The notes: generated by a model not told the origin, from the letters alone. Numbered from the stretch's first letter, positions 37,433 through 45,280 are shown. The stretch is 61,632 nt of DNA from an uncultured Candidatus Saccharibacteria bacterium (GCA_964495425.1 CAZBVG010000004.1:1-61632), one strand, 5' to 3'. A program made the numbers and translations.

Positions 37433-38155
37433 TTACTTTGCGGTCTTAGAAAGAAACGGTGAAACAATAGCATCAACCTGTGCAAACACGTCATCACGTG
37501 ACTTATTGGCATCAACAAACTTCACCTTGAAAGGAAAAAGTGTACCGAATGTGCGATAAGCCTTCATGACACGGAGATGAAAGTCTGTCTTTCTTTCATC
37601 GTAGTGGTTCATTTCTCCCTTTCGTTCTGCAACTCGTCGAGCGCCCTCTTTAGGATCAACCTCGAGAATGACATAAAGATCAGGAGAGACCTTGGTGTAA
37701 ATAGCACGATGGATTTGGAAGAAAAGCTTTTTGAGAGCATACCCTCCTTCCTGACCACCAATCTGGTAGCCCCAACTCGTTATGCTTCCTCGATTCGACA
37801 CAAATGATCTTCCGCCGAGAATCACGTGCTCAGCCTTTCGATGCATGTGATCTGACCTTCCTGCAGTAACGAGAAGCATCTGGGTTAAAGCATTCGCATC
37901 TCGGGCAAGCTTTGAGTCAAGCATGACCGCACGCATTTCTTCTGCGTATGGAGTACCACCTGGTTCTCGAGAAAATTCAACATAAGGATATTTCACCTTG
38001 AGCTTATCAATCACCGTATCCTTGCCTGCGCCTTCTCCACCATCTATCTGGATAAAAAAGCCGTGAGAAGGATTCTTTCGTGAAAAAATATGCCTGAGAA
38101 GATTTCCTACAAAAATCTCTACGTATAACAGTACTGTTTTCATGTGTTTCTGCAT
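37433..38155 (-). CDS. tmk: Thymidylate (dTMP) kinase
   Basis: FIQIDGGEGAGKDT P-loop and the DRY-like region. There is a ~30-aa N-terminal extension, and an alternative ATG at 38143. Confidence 0.85.
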   Translation of the reverse strand: MQKHMKTVLLYVEIFVGNLLRHIFSRKNPSHGFFIQIDGGEGAGKDTVIDKLKVKYPYVEFSREPGGTPYAEEMRAVMLDSKLARDANALTQMLLVTAGRSDHMHRKAEHVILGGRSFVSNRGSITSWGYQIGGQEGGYALKKLFFQIHRAIYTKVSPDLYVILEVDPKEGARRVAERKGEMNHYDERKTDFHLRVMKAYRTFGTLFPFKVKFVDANKSRDDVFAQVDAIVSPFLSKTAK

Positions 38156-38194
38156 AAAACAATACTCGACTTCGTATAAAAGTCGAGTAATTTG

Positions 38195-39364
38195 TTATTT
38201 TGATCTTAAAACCTTGTCGATCTTCTGAGCGAGTTTGATCATATCCTTCTCTTTCTTACCCCGTGTTGTCTCTCCGGCCGTACCAAGTCGAATTCCCGAT
38301 GGGTCAACCGGCGGTCGAGTATCGTACGGAATCGCGTTCTTGTTTACGATAATTCCCGCTTTCTCAAGTTTATCTGACGCCTCTTTGCCTCCAATCCCCT
38401 CCTTCGCCACATCAACGAGAATAAGATGGCTTTCTGTTCCTCCTGAGATAATTCGCCAGCCAAGATTTGAAAGTTCTTTTGCCAATGTCTGCGCATTACG
38501 AATAACCTGCTTTGCGTATTTTTTAAATGCTGGTGACATTGCTTCCTTAAGGGCAACAGCGATCGCCGCCGTCTGATTCATATGTGGACCACCCTGAAGG
38601 CCCGGGAAAACAGCCCGATCAATCTTTTTATTTAGTTCGCGCTGATCTATTTTTGAAAAAATGAGAGCGCCTCGAGGACCACGAAGTGTTTTATGCGTAG
38701 TTGTGGTAACAACATCTGCATACGGAAATGGTGATGGATATGCTTTGCCCGCAACGAGTCCGGCAACGTGAGACATATCAACCATAAGATATGCACCGCA
38801 GGCTGTAGCAATCTCACGGAATTTTGCCCAATCAATGACGCACGGATATGCGGTAAATCCTGTAATGATCATTTTTGGTTTTTCACGAAGGGCAATTTTT
38901 TTGAGCTCATCATAGTCGAGTACTTCACTTTCCTTTGAAACCCCAAACGGCACCTGGGTCCAAAATTTTCCCGTCGCAGATACTTTATGACCATGCGTAA
39001 GATGTCCTCCGTGATCAAGCGACATACCCATCACCCTGTCTCCCTTCTCCAAAAGACCGACATAGACCGCAAGATTTGCTGGCGATCCTGACAAAGCCTG
39101 CGTATTTACCGCCCAATCAGTTTCAGATAGTCCGAAAAGTTTAAGTGCGCGCTCCGCTGCCAAGTCCTCTACTTTATCTGTAATTGAATTTCCACCGTAA
39201 TATCGTTTACCTGAATACCCTTCCGCGTATTTATTTGTAAGTTCGGAGCCGAGAGCATCGAGCACGTCCTGAGAAACATAATTTTCCGATGCGATCAGAT
39301 TTATAACTGATTTCTGTCTCGCCTTCTCTGCCTTCACAAGCTTTTCTACCTGTTTGTCTTTCAT
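38195..39364 (-). CDS. glyA: Serine hydroxymethyltransferase
   Basis: NLIASENYVS, and TTTTHKTLRGPRG containing the PLP-binding lysine. Confidence 0.96.
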   Translation of the reverse strand: MKDKQVEKLVKAEKARQKSVINLIASENYVSQDVLDALGSELTNKYAEGYSGKRYYGGNSITDKVEDLAAERALKLFGLSETDWAVNTQALSGSPANLAVYVGLLEKGDRVMGMSLDHGGHLTHGHKVSATGKFWTQVPFGVSKESEVLDYDELKKIALREKPKMIITGFTAYPCVIDWAKFREIATACGAYLMVDMSHVAGLVAGKAYPSPFPYADVVTTTTHKTLRGPRGALIFSKIDQRELNKKIDRAVFPGLQGGPHMNQTAAIAVALKEAMSPAFKKYAKQVIRNAQTLAKELSNLGWRIISGGTESHLILVDVAKEGIGGKEASDKLEKAGIIVNKNAIPYDTRPPVDPSGIRLGTAGETTRGKKEKDMIKLAQKIDKVLRSK

Positions 39365-39438
39365 GGGATTGGAAGATTAATTGGTTAGGCACAATATATC
39401 ATGAGCCATCTACAAGCGCAGTAATAAAAAACCCAGAA

Positions 39439-39978
39439 TTATATTCCGGGCTTTGTTTCCAGTGGAAATGGATATGGCTTTGCAAGCACCATATCAAACA
39501 TTCGCTCTGACCAGACGCCCTTTTCCAACAGGGTCATTCTTGTCATAGCAAACCGAGTATCTGGCGAGAGCACAACATCACCGATTTCCTTAAATGAGTG
39601 GATGGCCGAATCAAAATCTTCTGAATCTTCACCATTTTCCTCTCCGACAGATGTAAAATCGAGCGCAAATCCTTCACAAATAATAAACGGGCTACGAAGC
39701 CGCAATGCCGGCCGTGACCGTATGTGAAGAATGAGAAGCTCCCGCAAGGTGAGAAGTCGTTCGGTCTTAGAAACCTTCTTTTCTTGATAAGCAGCCAGAA
39801 AGTTCTCAAACTTACCTAAACCCCGAAGCCGCGGTTCAATGTCGTAATCATCACCCGCACGGGCAGAAAGTGCATCAAACGCTTCACCCGAATAACTACC
39901 TATATGAGCAAGCAATTGTCTGGGTTGGTACTGGGGAGATATGGTAAACCGCCCCAGAATTTTAGGAGACGTGTTCAT
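39439..39978 (-). CDS. Hypothetical protein embedded in the thymidylate module (179 aa from MNTSPK)
   Basis: The ORF has no recognisable motif. It sits between glyA and the divergently transcribed thyX-like gene. Confidence 0.5.
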   Translation of the reverse strand: MNTSPKILGRFTISPQYQPRQLLAHIGSYSGEAFDALSARAGDDYDIEPRLRGLGKFENFLAAYQEKKVSKTERLLTLRELLILHIRSRPALRLRSPFIICEGFALDFTSVGEENGEDSEDFDSAIHSFKEIGDVVLSPDTRFAMTRMTLLEKGVWSERMFDMVLAKPYPFPLETKPGI

Positions 39979-40087
39979 AGAATGATCAATGCTTGCGTAA
40001 TTCAACCACACTTTTGAATTCTTACAAGTTACCAACTTGCTTTATTGGATTTGTTATGAAGAATGAAAGTCAGATACAATACGTTCT

Positions 40088-41386
40088 ATGAGAGAAATAA
40101 TAATTGTTGACGACCTCGCGCCCGAAGCAGTCGCTATGCTTCAAGCGCTTTATTCAAGAAGTCCACGAAGCGTTAAGGAACATTTGGAAGCAGTGCGCAC
40201 ACGCGGAGCAGAAAAGTTCATGGCCTCGTTTTACGTAGGTTATGGACATAAATCAATCGGAGATTGCGGAACCACCTCAATTTTCGTTGAGAATGTAAGT
40301 ATGCTTGCGGCAAAGGCAGTGCAAGACTGGCCACTCTATAGCGGACAGGAAGCTTCAACACGATACCTCGACATGGCATCGCAAGAAGTGCTCAATCCGC
40401 TTGGTTCAAAGGCTGGTAAGGCAATACAAGATGAATGGATGCGATTCTATAGGCATGTACTCGTTGAACTTGTGCCTGTCTTGAAGGAACGCTATCCCAT
40501 CAAGGATGGAGAGGACCCCGTAAAATATGAGAAAGCGATCAAAGCACGATCATTCGATATTGCACGAGGATTTCTCCCTGCCGGTGTCACCACCTATGCT
40601 GCATGGCACACTAACCTGCGCCAGGCATATGACCACGTAAAGGAGATGCGAAATCATCCCCTTGAGGAGATTCGAGAGATCGCAGAGCTCATTTCTACTG
40701 AGCTCAAAACAAAGTATCCCTCGAGTTTCTCGCACAAAGTCTATCCCGCGGAAGAAGCTTTCATTAAAGAAAGCATGGAGGCATTCGCTTATTTTGACGA
40801 CTCAAAAATCGTTAAAAAGTTTTCATACGATGCAACAGGACTTGATCTTAAAGGACTTGCGAAGCACAAGAAACTTCTCAATTCTCGACCGATAAAGTCT
40901 GAACTGCACCAGCGAATGAGACAGTATGGAAATATTGTCTTCACCTTCCCTCTTGATTTCGGATCATACCGAGATCTTCAGAGACACCGCAGTTGCATTC
41001 AGGAAATGCCGCTTCTTTCTATCCGCCACGGCTTCTATTCATGGTATCTCGAACAACTTCCTGAGGGACTTCGAAAGGAAGCTGTGAAAGTGATCAAAGA
41101 GCAGGAAAAGAAAATCAAGGCACTTAAGGCAAGCGACGAGGTTAAACAGTATTACGTTGCCATGGGTTACACTGTAGCCGTAAAACTTACGTCTTCATTG
41201 CCAGCAGCAGTCTACACCGCTGAACTTCGCTCCGGAGATACCGTTCATCCGACACTGCGTGTTCAAGCGCAGCGAATGGGTGATGCGATCAAAGAAGCAG
41301 TGCCTTTCATCAAGATGCATCACGATACTTCTCCAGGTATCTGGAACATCAAGCGAGGCGGTCACGACATTGTGAAGAAATCCTAA
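40088..41386 (+). CDS. thyX: Flavin-dependent thymidylate synthase-like protein, tandem-duplicated ThyX fold (432 aa)
   Basis: The C-terminal half has RHR (40982-40990) followed by S-I-R-H. The N-terminal half has QDW (40322-40330) in the equivalent position but keeps S-T-R-Y (40355-40366). GHKS and ARGFLPAGVTT...NLR blocks match ThyX. Confidence 0.6.
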   Translation: MREIIIVDDLAPEAVAMLQALYSRSPRSVKEHLEAVRTRGAEKFMASFYVGYGHKSIGDCGTTSIFVENVSMLAAKAVQDWPLYSGQEASTRYLDMASQEVLNPLGSKAGKAIQDEWMRFYRHVLVELVPVLKERYPIKDGEDPVKYEKAIKARSFDIARGFLPAGVTTYAAWHTNLRQAYDHVKEMRNHPLEEIREIAELISTELKTKYPSSFSHKVYPAEEAFIKESMEAFAYFDDSKIVKKFSYDATGLDLKGLAKHKKLLNSRPIKSELHQRMRQYGNIVFTFPLDFGSYRDLQRHRSCIQEMPLLSIRHGFYSWYLEQLPEGLRKEAVKVIKEQEKKIKALKASDEVKQYYVAMGYTVAVKLTSSLPAAVYTAELRSGDTVHPTLRVQAQRMGDAIKEAVPFIKMHHDTSPGIWNIKRGGHDIVKKS

Positions 41387-41416
41387 AAACAAAACTCGGC
41401 CACCAGGCCGAGTTTT

Positions 41417-41968
41417 TTATTTCATATTAGCGTAAGTTTCAACTTCAGCATTGAGAATCTGAAGAGATACTCCTGCTTCCTTAAACACTTCTTTGGAACG
41501 CTTTGCTGCGTGATAATCCTTCTTCGCAACAACACGAACAATACCGGCGTTTATAAGGATCTTTGCGCAGGTATAGCACGGAGTCATGTGACAATAGAGC
41601 GTTGATCCGTTAACTGGCACGCCTTCTCGAGCCGCATTTGCAATAGCGTTTTGTTCAGCATGTGTAGTTCTAATGCAGTGTTTTGAGGTTGTCCCATCCT
41701 CTTGAACCACCGTATGCATTTCATGACCCACGTGATCGCAATGGGCAACACCTGCAGGCGCCCCCACATACCCAGTCACCAAAATTCGTTTATCCTTAAC
41801 AATCACACAACCGGATCGTCCCCTATCGCACGTTGCTCGCTCACCAACCACCTCGCTAATTTTTGTAAAATATTCATCCCATGATGGACGAACATGTGGA
41901 TTCATGAGATGCGGATCAGTTTCGCGGATCGGAGTCCCTCCTTTTGAAGTTTTTACATGCTTTGCCAT
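41417..41968 (-). CDS. Deoxycytidylate (dCMP) deaminase
   Basis: HAEQNAI and PCYTCAK zinc-binding motifs, plus a dCMP-deaminase-type N-terminus (WDEYF). Confidence 0.9.
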   Translation of the reverse strand: MAKHVKTSKGGTPIRETDPHLMNPHVRPSWDEYFTKISEVVGERATCDRGRSGCVIVKDKRILVTGYVGAPAGVAHCDHVGHEMHTVVQEDGTTSKHCIRTTHAEQNAIANAAREGVPVNGSTLYCHMTPCYTCAKILINAGIVRVVAKKDYHAAKRSKEVFKEAGVSLQILNAEVETYANMK

Positions 41969-42037
41969 ATATCGAAAGCATACTCTCTTTAGGAAAATAA
42001 AAAAGCCCCTGACATACCAGGGGCATAAAACCGCGCT

Positions 42038-42244
42038 CTATCTTGAAGAGGCTTCGTAAACGGGCGCTTCGTGGCCGCAAAGCGGATTCTTTTTCGTCTC
42101 GTAGGCGAGGTCACTGCTATGAACCACAACCTCAAACGGGTACATTTGCCGCTGGAATGATTCGATTGAGCGGGCAAAGACGATGGCCTCCAGGGATTCG
42201 GGGGCCATATCAGGCAAGATCACATGAACAACAGGTTTACTCAT
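42038..42244 (-). CDS. Small orphan protein (68 aa)
   Basis: MSKPVVHVILPDMAPESLEAIVFARSIESF... Its own terminator GCCCCTG-gtatgt-CAGGGGC plus T-run lies at 41998-42025. One line counted 58% GC. Confidence 0.45.
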   Translation of the reverse strand: MSKPVVHVILPDMAPESLEAIVFARSIESFQRQMYPFEVVVHSSDLAYETKKNPLCGHEAPVYEASSR

Positions 42245-42343
42245 AATATGAACAAGTTTTAAGGGTCCAGAGACGATATTACGGTAATGCCACATAAAAG
42301 CAAATAAAAAGCTCCGTTTGAAACGGAGCTCCTGTGTGGCCGT

Positions 42344-42490
42344 TTAGGCCGCCCTCCCCAAATCAAGCGGAAGGGACAAAGTCTGATCGTCACCGGAAAT
42401 CTTCACGGGAGTTTCAGCGCTTTCATTGTGTTGCTGTTCCGGAGTATAGTCCTCAGGAACAATCCCTTCAATCACCATTTGTGAGTTCAT
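42344..42490 (-). CDS. Small acidic orphan protein (48 aa)
   Basis: MNSQMVIEGIVPEDYTPEQQHNESAETPVKISGDDQTLSLPLDLGRAA is below the ORF-track cutoff. An upstream TTTACA-17 nt-TATCAT promoter-like element is present, and its own terminator lies at 42305-42330. No clear SD. Confidence 0.35.
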   Translation of the reverse strand: MNSQMVIEGIVPEDYTPEQQHNESAETPVKISGDDQTLSLPLDLGRAA

Positions 42491-42664
42491 AAAGCAGAGA
42501 GCGTTTTACTGGACCGTAATTTATGATACTTCTCGCACCATGCAATGTAAACGTAAAACTTGTGCACTTTTGACGCACGGCATTCTTTTTTTTCACCGTC
42601 AACTTTCCCACCAGGAAATTTGTTAAAAAAATAAAAAACCACTCATGAGTGAGTGGTTTTTTAT

Positions 42665-43087
42665 TTACTTAACGTCTACTCCCATGTTTCGTGCCGTACC
42701 TTCTACCATCTTCATTGCTGCGTTAACGTCTGTGGTATTGAGGTCTGGAAGTTTCTTTTCTGCGATTGCCTTTACCTGAGCTTTTGTAAGAGTTCCGATC
42801 TTTACTGAGTTTGGCTTTCCTGAACCAAGTTCCTTGCCCAATGTTTTTAGAATCATTTTTGAGGCAGGCTCAGTCTTGTAGATCATCTTGTATGATCGAT
42901 CATCATAGACCTCGATAATGGTAGGTACCATCTCGCCTATTCGTGTCTTGGTTTCATCGTTAAATCGCTTTACGAATTCACCAATGTTTATACCTGCCTG
43001 TCCGAGTGCAGGTCCGAGCGCCTGGCCAGGAACGGCTTTACCGCCTGGAATCTGGAGCTTAAGCATCTTTGTTACTTTCTTTGCCAT
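42665..43087 (-). CDS. rplK: 50S ribosomal protein L11
   Basis: KLQIPGGKAVPGQALGPALGQAGINIGEF is a typical uL11. Confidence 0.97.
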   Translation of the reverse strand: MAKKVTKMLKLQIPGGKAVPGQALGPALGQAGINIGEFVKRFNDETKTRIGEMVPTIIEVYDDRSYKMIYKTEPASKMILKTLGKELGSGKPNSVKIGTLTKAQVKAIAEKKLPDLNTTDVNAAMKMVEGTARNMGVDVK

Positions 43088-43105
43088 AGTGGGGATAAGG
43101 TTATA

Positions 43106-43651
43106 TTAAATCTTCTTAACTTGCAAGAAATCAAGTTCGACAGGTGTTTCTCGACCAAACATAGAAACGAGAACCTTTACCTTGCCTCGAGCAGTATCAA
43201 CCTCTGATACCTTGCCTTCAAGATCCTTGAATGGACCGTCAGCAATCTTTACCGCATCTTCTGGAGAGAGGTTAATCTCGTGCTTAACTTCAGTTGTATC
43301 CATTCGACCCATAAGCTGGTCAATTTCCTTTGGTGTAAGAGGTACAGGGTGCACACCAGAACCCACGAAACCAGTTACTCGTGGAGTGTTTCGCACAACG
43401 AACCATGATTCGTCGCTTACAACCATATCTACGAGAATATAACCTGGGTATACCTTCTCTTCTTCCTCTACTCGCTTACCGCCCTTTACCTTGATCTTCT
43501 TCTCGGTTGGTACAAGCACGTTGAAAATCTTGTCCTGCATGTTGAGAGAATCAATTCGCTGGCGCAAGTTTCGCGCAACTGCATTTTCATATCCCGCATA
43601 TGTGTGGATCGCGTACCAATGACGCTCACCTCCTGTTTGCTGTTTCGACAT
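43106..43651 (-). CDS. nusG: Transcription termination/antitermination factor NusG
   Basis: NGN domain (WYAIHTYAGYENAV) and a KOW domain (GPFKDLEGKVSEVD). Confidence 0.96.
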   Translation of the reverse strand: MSKQQTGGERHWYAIHTYAGYENAVARNLRQRIDSLNMQDKIFNVLVPTEKKIKVKGGKRVEEEEKVYPGYILVDMVVSDESWFVVRNTPRVTGFVGSGVHPVPLTPKEIDQLMGRMDTTEVKHEINLSPEDAVKIADGPFKDLEGKVSEVDTARGKVKVLVSMFGRETPVELDFLQVKKI

Positions 43652-43653
43652 GA

Positions 43654-43836
43654 TTATTTAAGAATTATTGCTTCAAGACCGAGACCGAATACATAATCTG
43701 CTATAGCGAGCAAAAGTGCGGTTGCAAGTGATAGACCAATAACAAGGAGCGTGTAGTTAATAGCCTGGTTTCGGGTTGGCCAGTTAACATGCTTCATTTC
43801 ACCACGGGTTTCCTTTATATATTCGACGAGTTTCAT
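43654..43836 (-). CDS. secE: Preprotein translocase subunit SecE
   Basis: MKLVEYIKETRGEMKHVNWPTRNQ followed by a single TM helix. It lies directly upstream of nusG. Confidence 0.88.
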   Translation of the reverse strand: MKLVEYIKETRGEMKHVNWPTRNQAINYTLLVIGLSLATALLLAIADYVFGLGLEAIILK

Positions 43837-43952
43837 AAGCAGATTTTGAGAAGAATTTTTGTTATTAAAAACCGCCCCGGAGGGCTGGAATACATACATA
43901 TTACTACATCTTTAGAAAAAAGCAAGCTTTTTCACAGCAATAGATCCTTATA

Positions 43953-44208
43953 TAAAAAAGAACCCCTTCCTGCTTTCGCTGGAAGGGGTGAGCGCTGTCG
44001 TGATTATGAAGCTTCACGACTCCGCTACTTTTGCTCTCTATTTTTAAGAACATTTCTGAACAGTGGAGAACATTACACCGTTACAGAACAGGGTTCGATT
44101 ACTAAGAGGCCTGAACCGCTGTAACTTGCCTGCATCTTCGCATCGGGCGTCAGATGCCTTTGTGGTCGCCGTATTGCGACCCGTCATCTATAGTTTCCTA
44201 TTGGTGAC
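43953..44208 (-). ncRNA. Orphan transcription unit of ~255 nt bounded by a promoter and a terminator: candidate structured RNA of unknown family (or a 47-aa ORF at 44044-44187)
   Basis: It is bounded by a near-consensus promoter and a strong terminator (AACCCCTTCC...GGAAGGGGTT plus T-run, 43953-43990). There are several hairpins: GGTCGC-aatacg-GCGACC, GTTACAG-CGGTTC...GAACC-CTGTAAC and CGTGA...TCACG. One CATCT segment can pair with either of two AGATG segments, giving alternative structures. Confidence 0.4.
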
Positions 44209-44214
44209 ACTAGT

Positions 44215-44242
44215 ATCATAGCATACCTGTATAATTTGTCAA
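44215..44242 (-). promoter_or_regulatory. Near-consensus promoter
   Basis: On the minus strand: TTGACA (rc of 44237-44242), a 16-nt spacer, then TATGAT (rc of 44215-44220). Confidence 0.6.
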
Positions 44243-44292
44243 GCGTTTAAAAGCCACCCGTATGAGGTGGCTTTGTACGGCCTTATAGAGCC

Positions 44293-44727
44293 CTATCTTG
44301 CCTTTGTTCCTGGAGGAATGTCCTTGTGTGGCTCAAGAAGGGAAAATTTACCGTCATCTGTCGAAAGCGCAAACAACATACCGTTTGATTCATACCCTTT
44401 TATCTTTCGCGGCTCGAGATTTGTCACAAACATACATGTTCTACCTACTAATGTAGCTGGATCTGGAAAATACGATGCGATCCCGGAGATAATTTGGCGT
44501 ACATCATGTTTCATTTCAGTCATCTGTATTTCAGCAATCGTATCCCCTTCCGCAACGCCCATTGAGTCAGCAGCGGATTTCTCAGGTGAAATCGTTGCTA
44601 TCTGTTCCGTAATAAAACCAAAGTCTACAGAAAGCTTAAGGAGCTTGTCTGTATTTGGAATTTTTTCTGCAGAAAGAATTTTTCCTGCTTTTATTTCTAC
44701 TTTTGAAAAATCGTCGTATGAAATCAT
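44293..44727 (-). CDS. Stand-alone tRNA-binding (CsaA/Trbp111/EMAP-type OB) domain protein with an internal insertion
   Basis: FSKVEIKAGKILSAEKIPNTDKLLKLSVDFG ... RQIISGIASYF ... NLEPRKIKGYESNGMLF matches the tRNA-binding domain fused to many MetRS/PheRS proteins. Confidence 0.8.
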   Translation of the reverse strand: MISYDDFSKVEIKAGKILSAEKIPNTDKLLKLSVDFGFITEQIATISPEKSAADSMGVAEGDTIAEIQMTEMKHDVRQIISGIASYFPDPATLVGRTCMFVTNLEPRKIKGYESNGMLFALSTDDGKFSLLEPHKDIPPGTKAR

Positions 44728-44741
44728 CTGGTATTTGTTAA

Positions 44742-45146
44742 CTAAAAAAGTCTATCGTTTATGCCCTGATGTCTTACCCTGTCTATGTAGCTTTGCAATA
44801 TAATCGATGCCGCCGAAGCGTCAATCTTGTCAGTCTTACCTAAAAAATGTGCCGCTTGATGAGATGTGAGAAATTCTGGCTCAAAAAGTACCTTATACCC
44901 TAGTTTTCCAAGCTCGACAGCAAAAGGACGAACTTCGTCCATAATACGATTATCCTCACCTTTATTGTTCTTTGATTCACCTATGATAATAGTTTCGATA
45001 TTGCTGCGACGAGCTATTTCAGCGATGTCTCTTAGGAGGTTTCTCGTATTTGGAATAACTGAGTGTGGGAATGCTAAAAGACTCTTGTCGTCTGATAGCG
45101 CGACACCAACTCTCTTTTCACCATAATCTATTCCAAGGAGACGCAT
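44742..45146 (-). CDS. ruvX: Putative pre-16S rRNA nuclease / Holliday junction resolvase-like YqgF
   Basis: MRLLGIDYGEKRVGVALSD N-terminus. Confidence 0.9.
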   Translation of the reverse strand: MRLLGIDYGEKRVGVALSDDKSLLAFPHSVIPNTRNLLRDIAEIARRSNIETIIIGESKNNKGEDNRIMDEVRPFAVELGKLGYKVLFEPEFLTSHQAAHFLGKTDKIDASAASIILQSYIDRVRHQGINDRLF

Positions 45147-45190
45147 ACGAACAGTATAGCAAAAACCGCGTTAAGACGCGGCTTTAATCT

Positions 45191-45280
45191 TGGCGGATAG
45201 GGTGAGATTCGAACTCACGGTCCCCGTGAAGAGACGACAGTTTTCAAGACTGTTGCTTTAGACCACTCAGCCACCTATCC
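45191..45280 (-). tRNA. tRNA-Ser (anticodon UGA), CCA encoded
   Basis: The rc folds as a cloverleaf: acceptor GGATAGG/CCTATCC, anticodon loop CTTGAAA, a long variable arm, T-loop GTTCGAATC, and a 3' GCCA. Confidence 0.92.

Noticed and set aside
43789-44124. 111-aa plus-strand ORF overlapping the secE start and the orphan structured unit.
   Set aside because: - It is antisense to secE.
- It spans a terminator hairpin.
- It has no start context and a low-complexity translation, and is best explained as a chance ORF.
43953-44242. Attempts to identify the orphan unit as RNase P RNA, tmRNA, SRP RNA, 6S RNA or rpmG (L33).
   Set aside because: - There is no GAGGAAAGTCC-type P4 strand. The ACAGAAC-like string is on the wrong strand.
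- There is no tRNA-like acceptor/T-arm and no tag ORF.
- There is no GGAA-tetraloop SRP domain IV.
- The 47-aa ORF has no L33 motifs.

The unit is therefore left as an unknown family.
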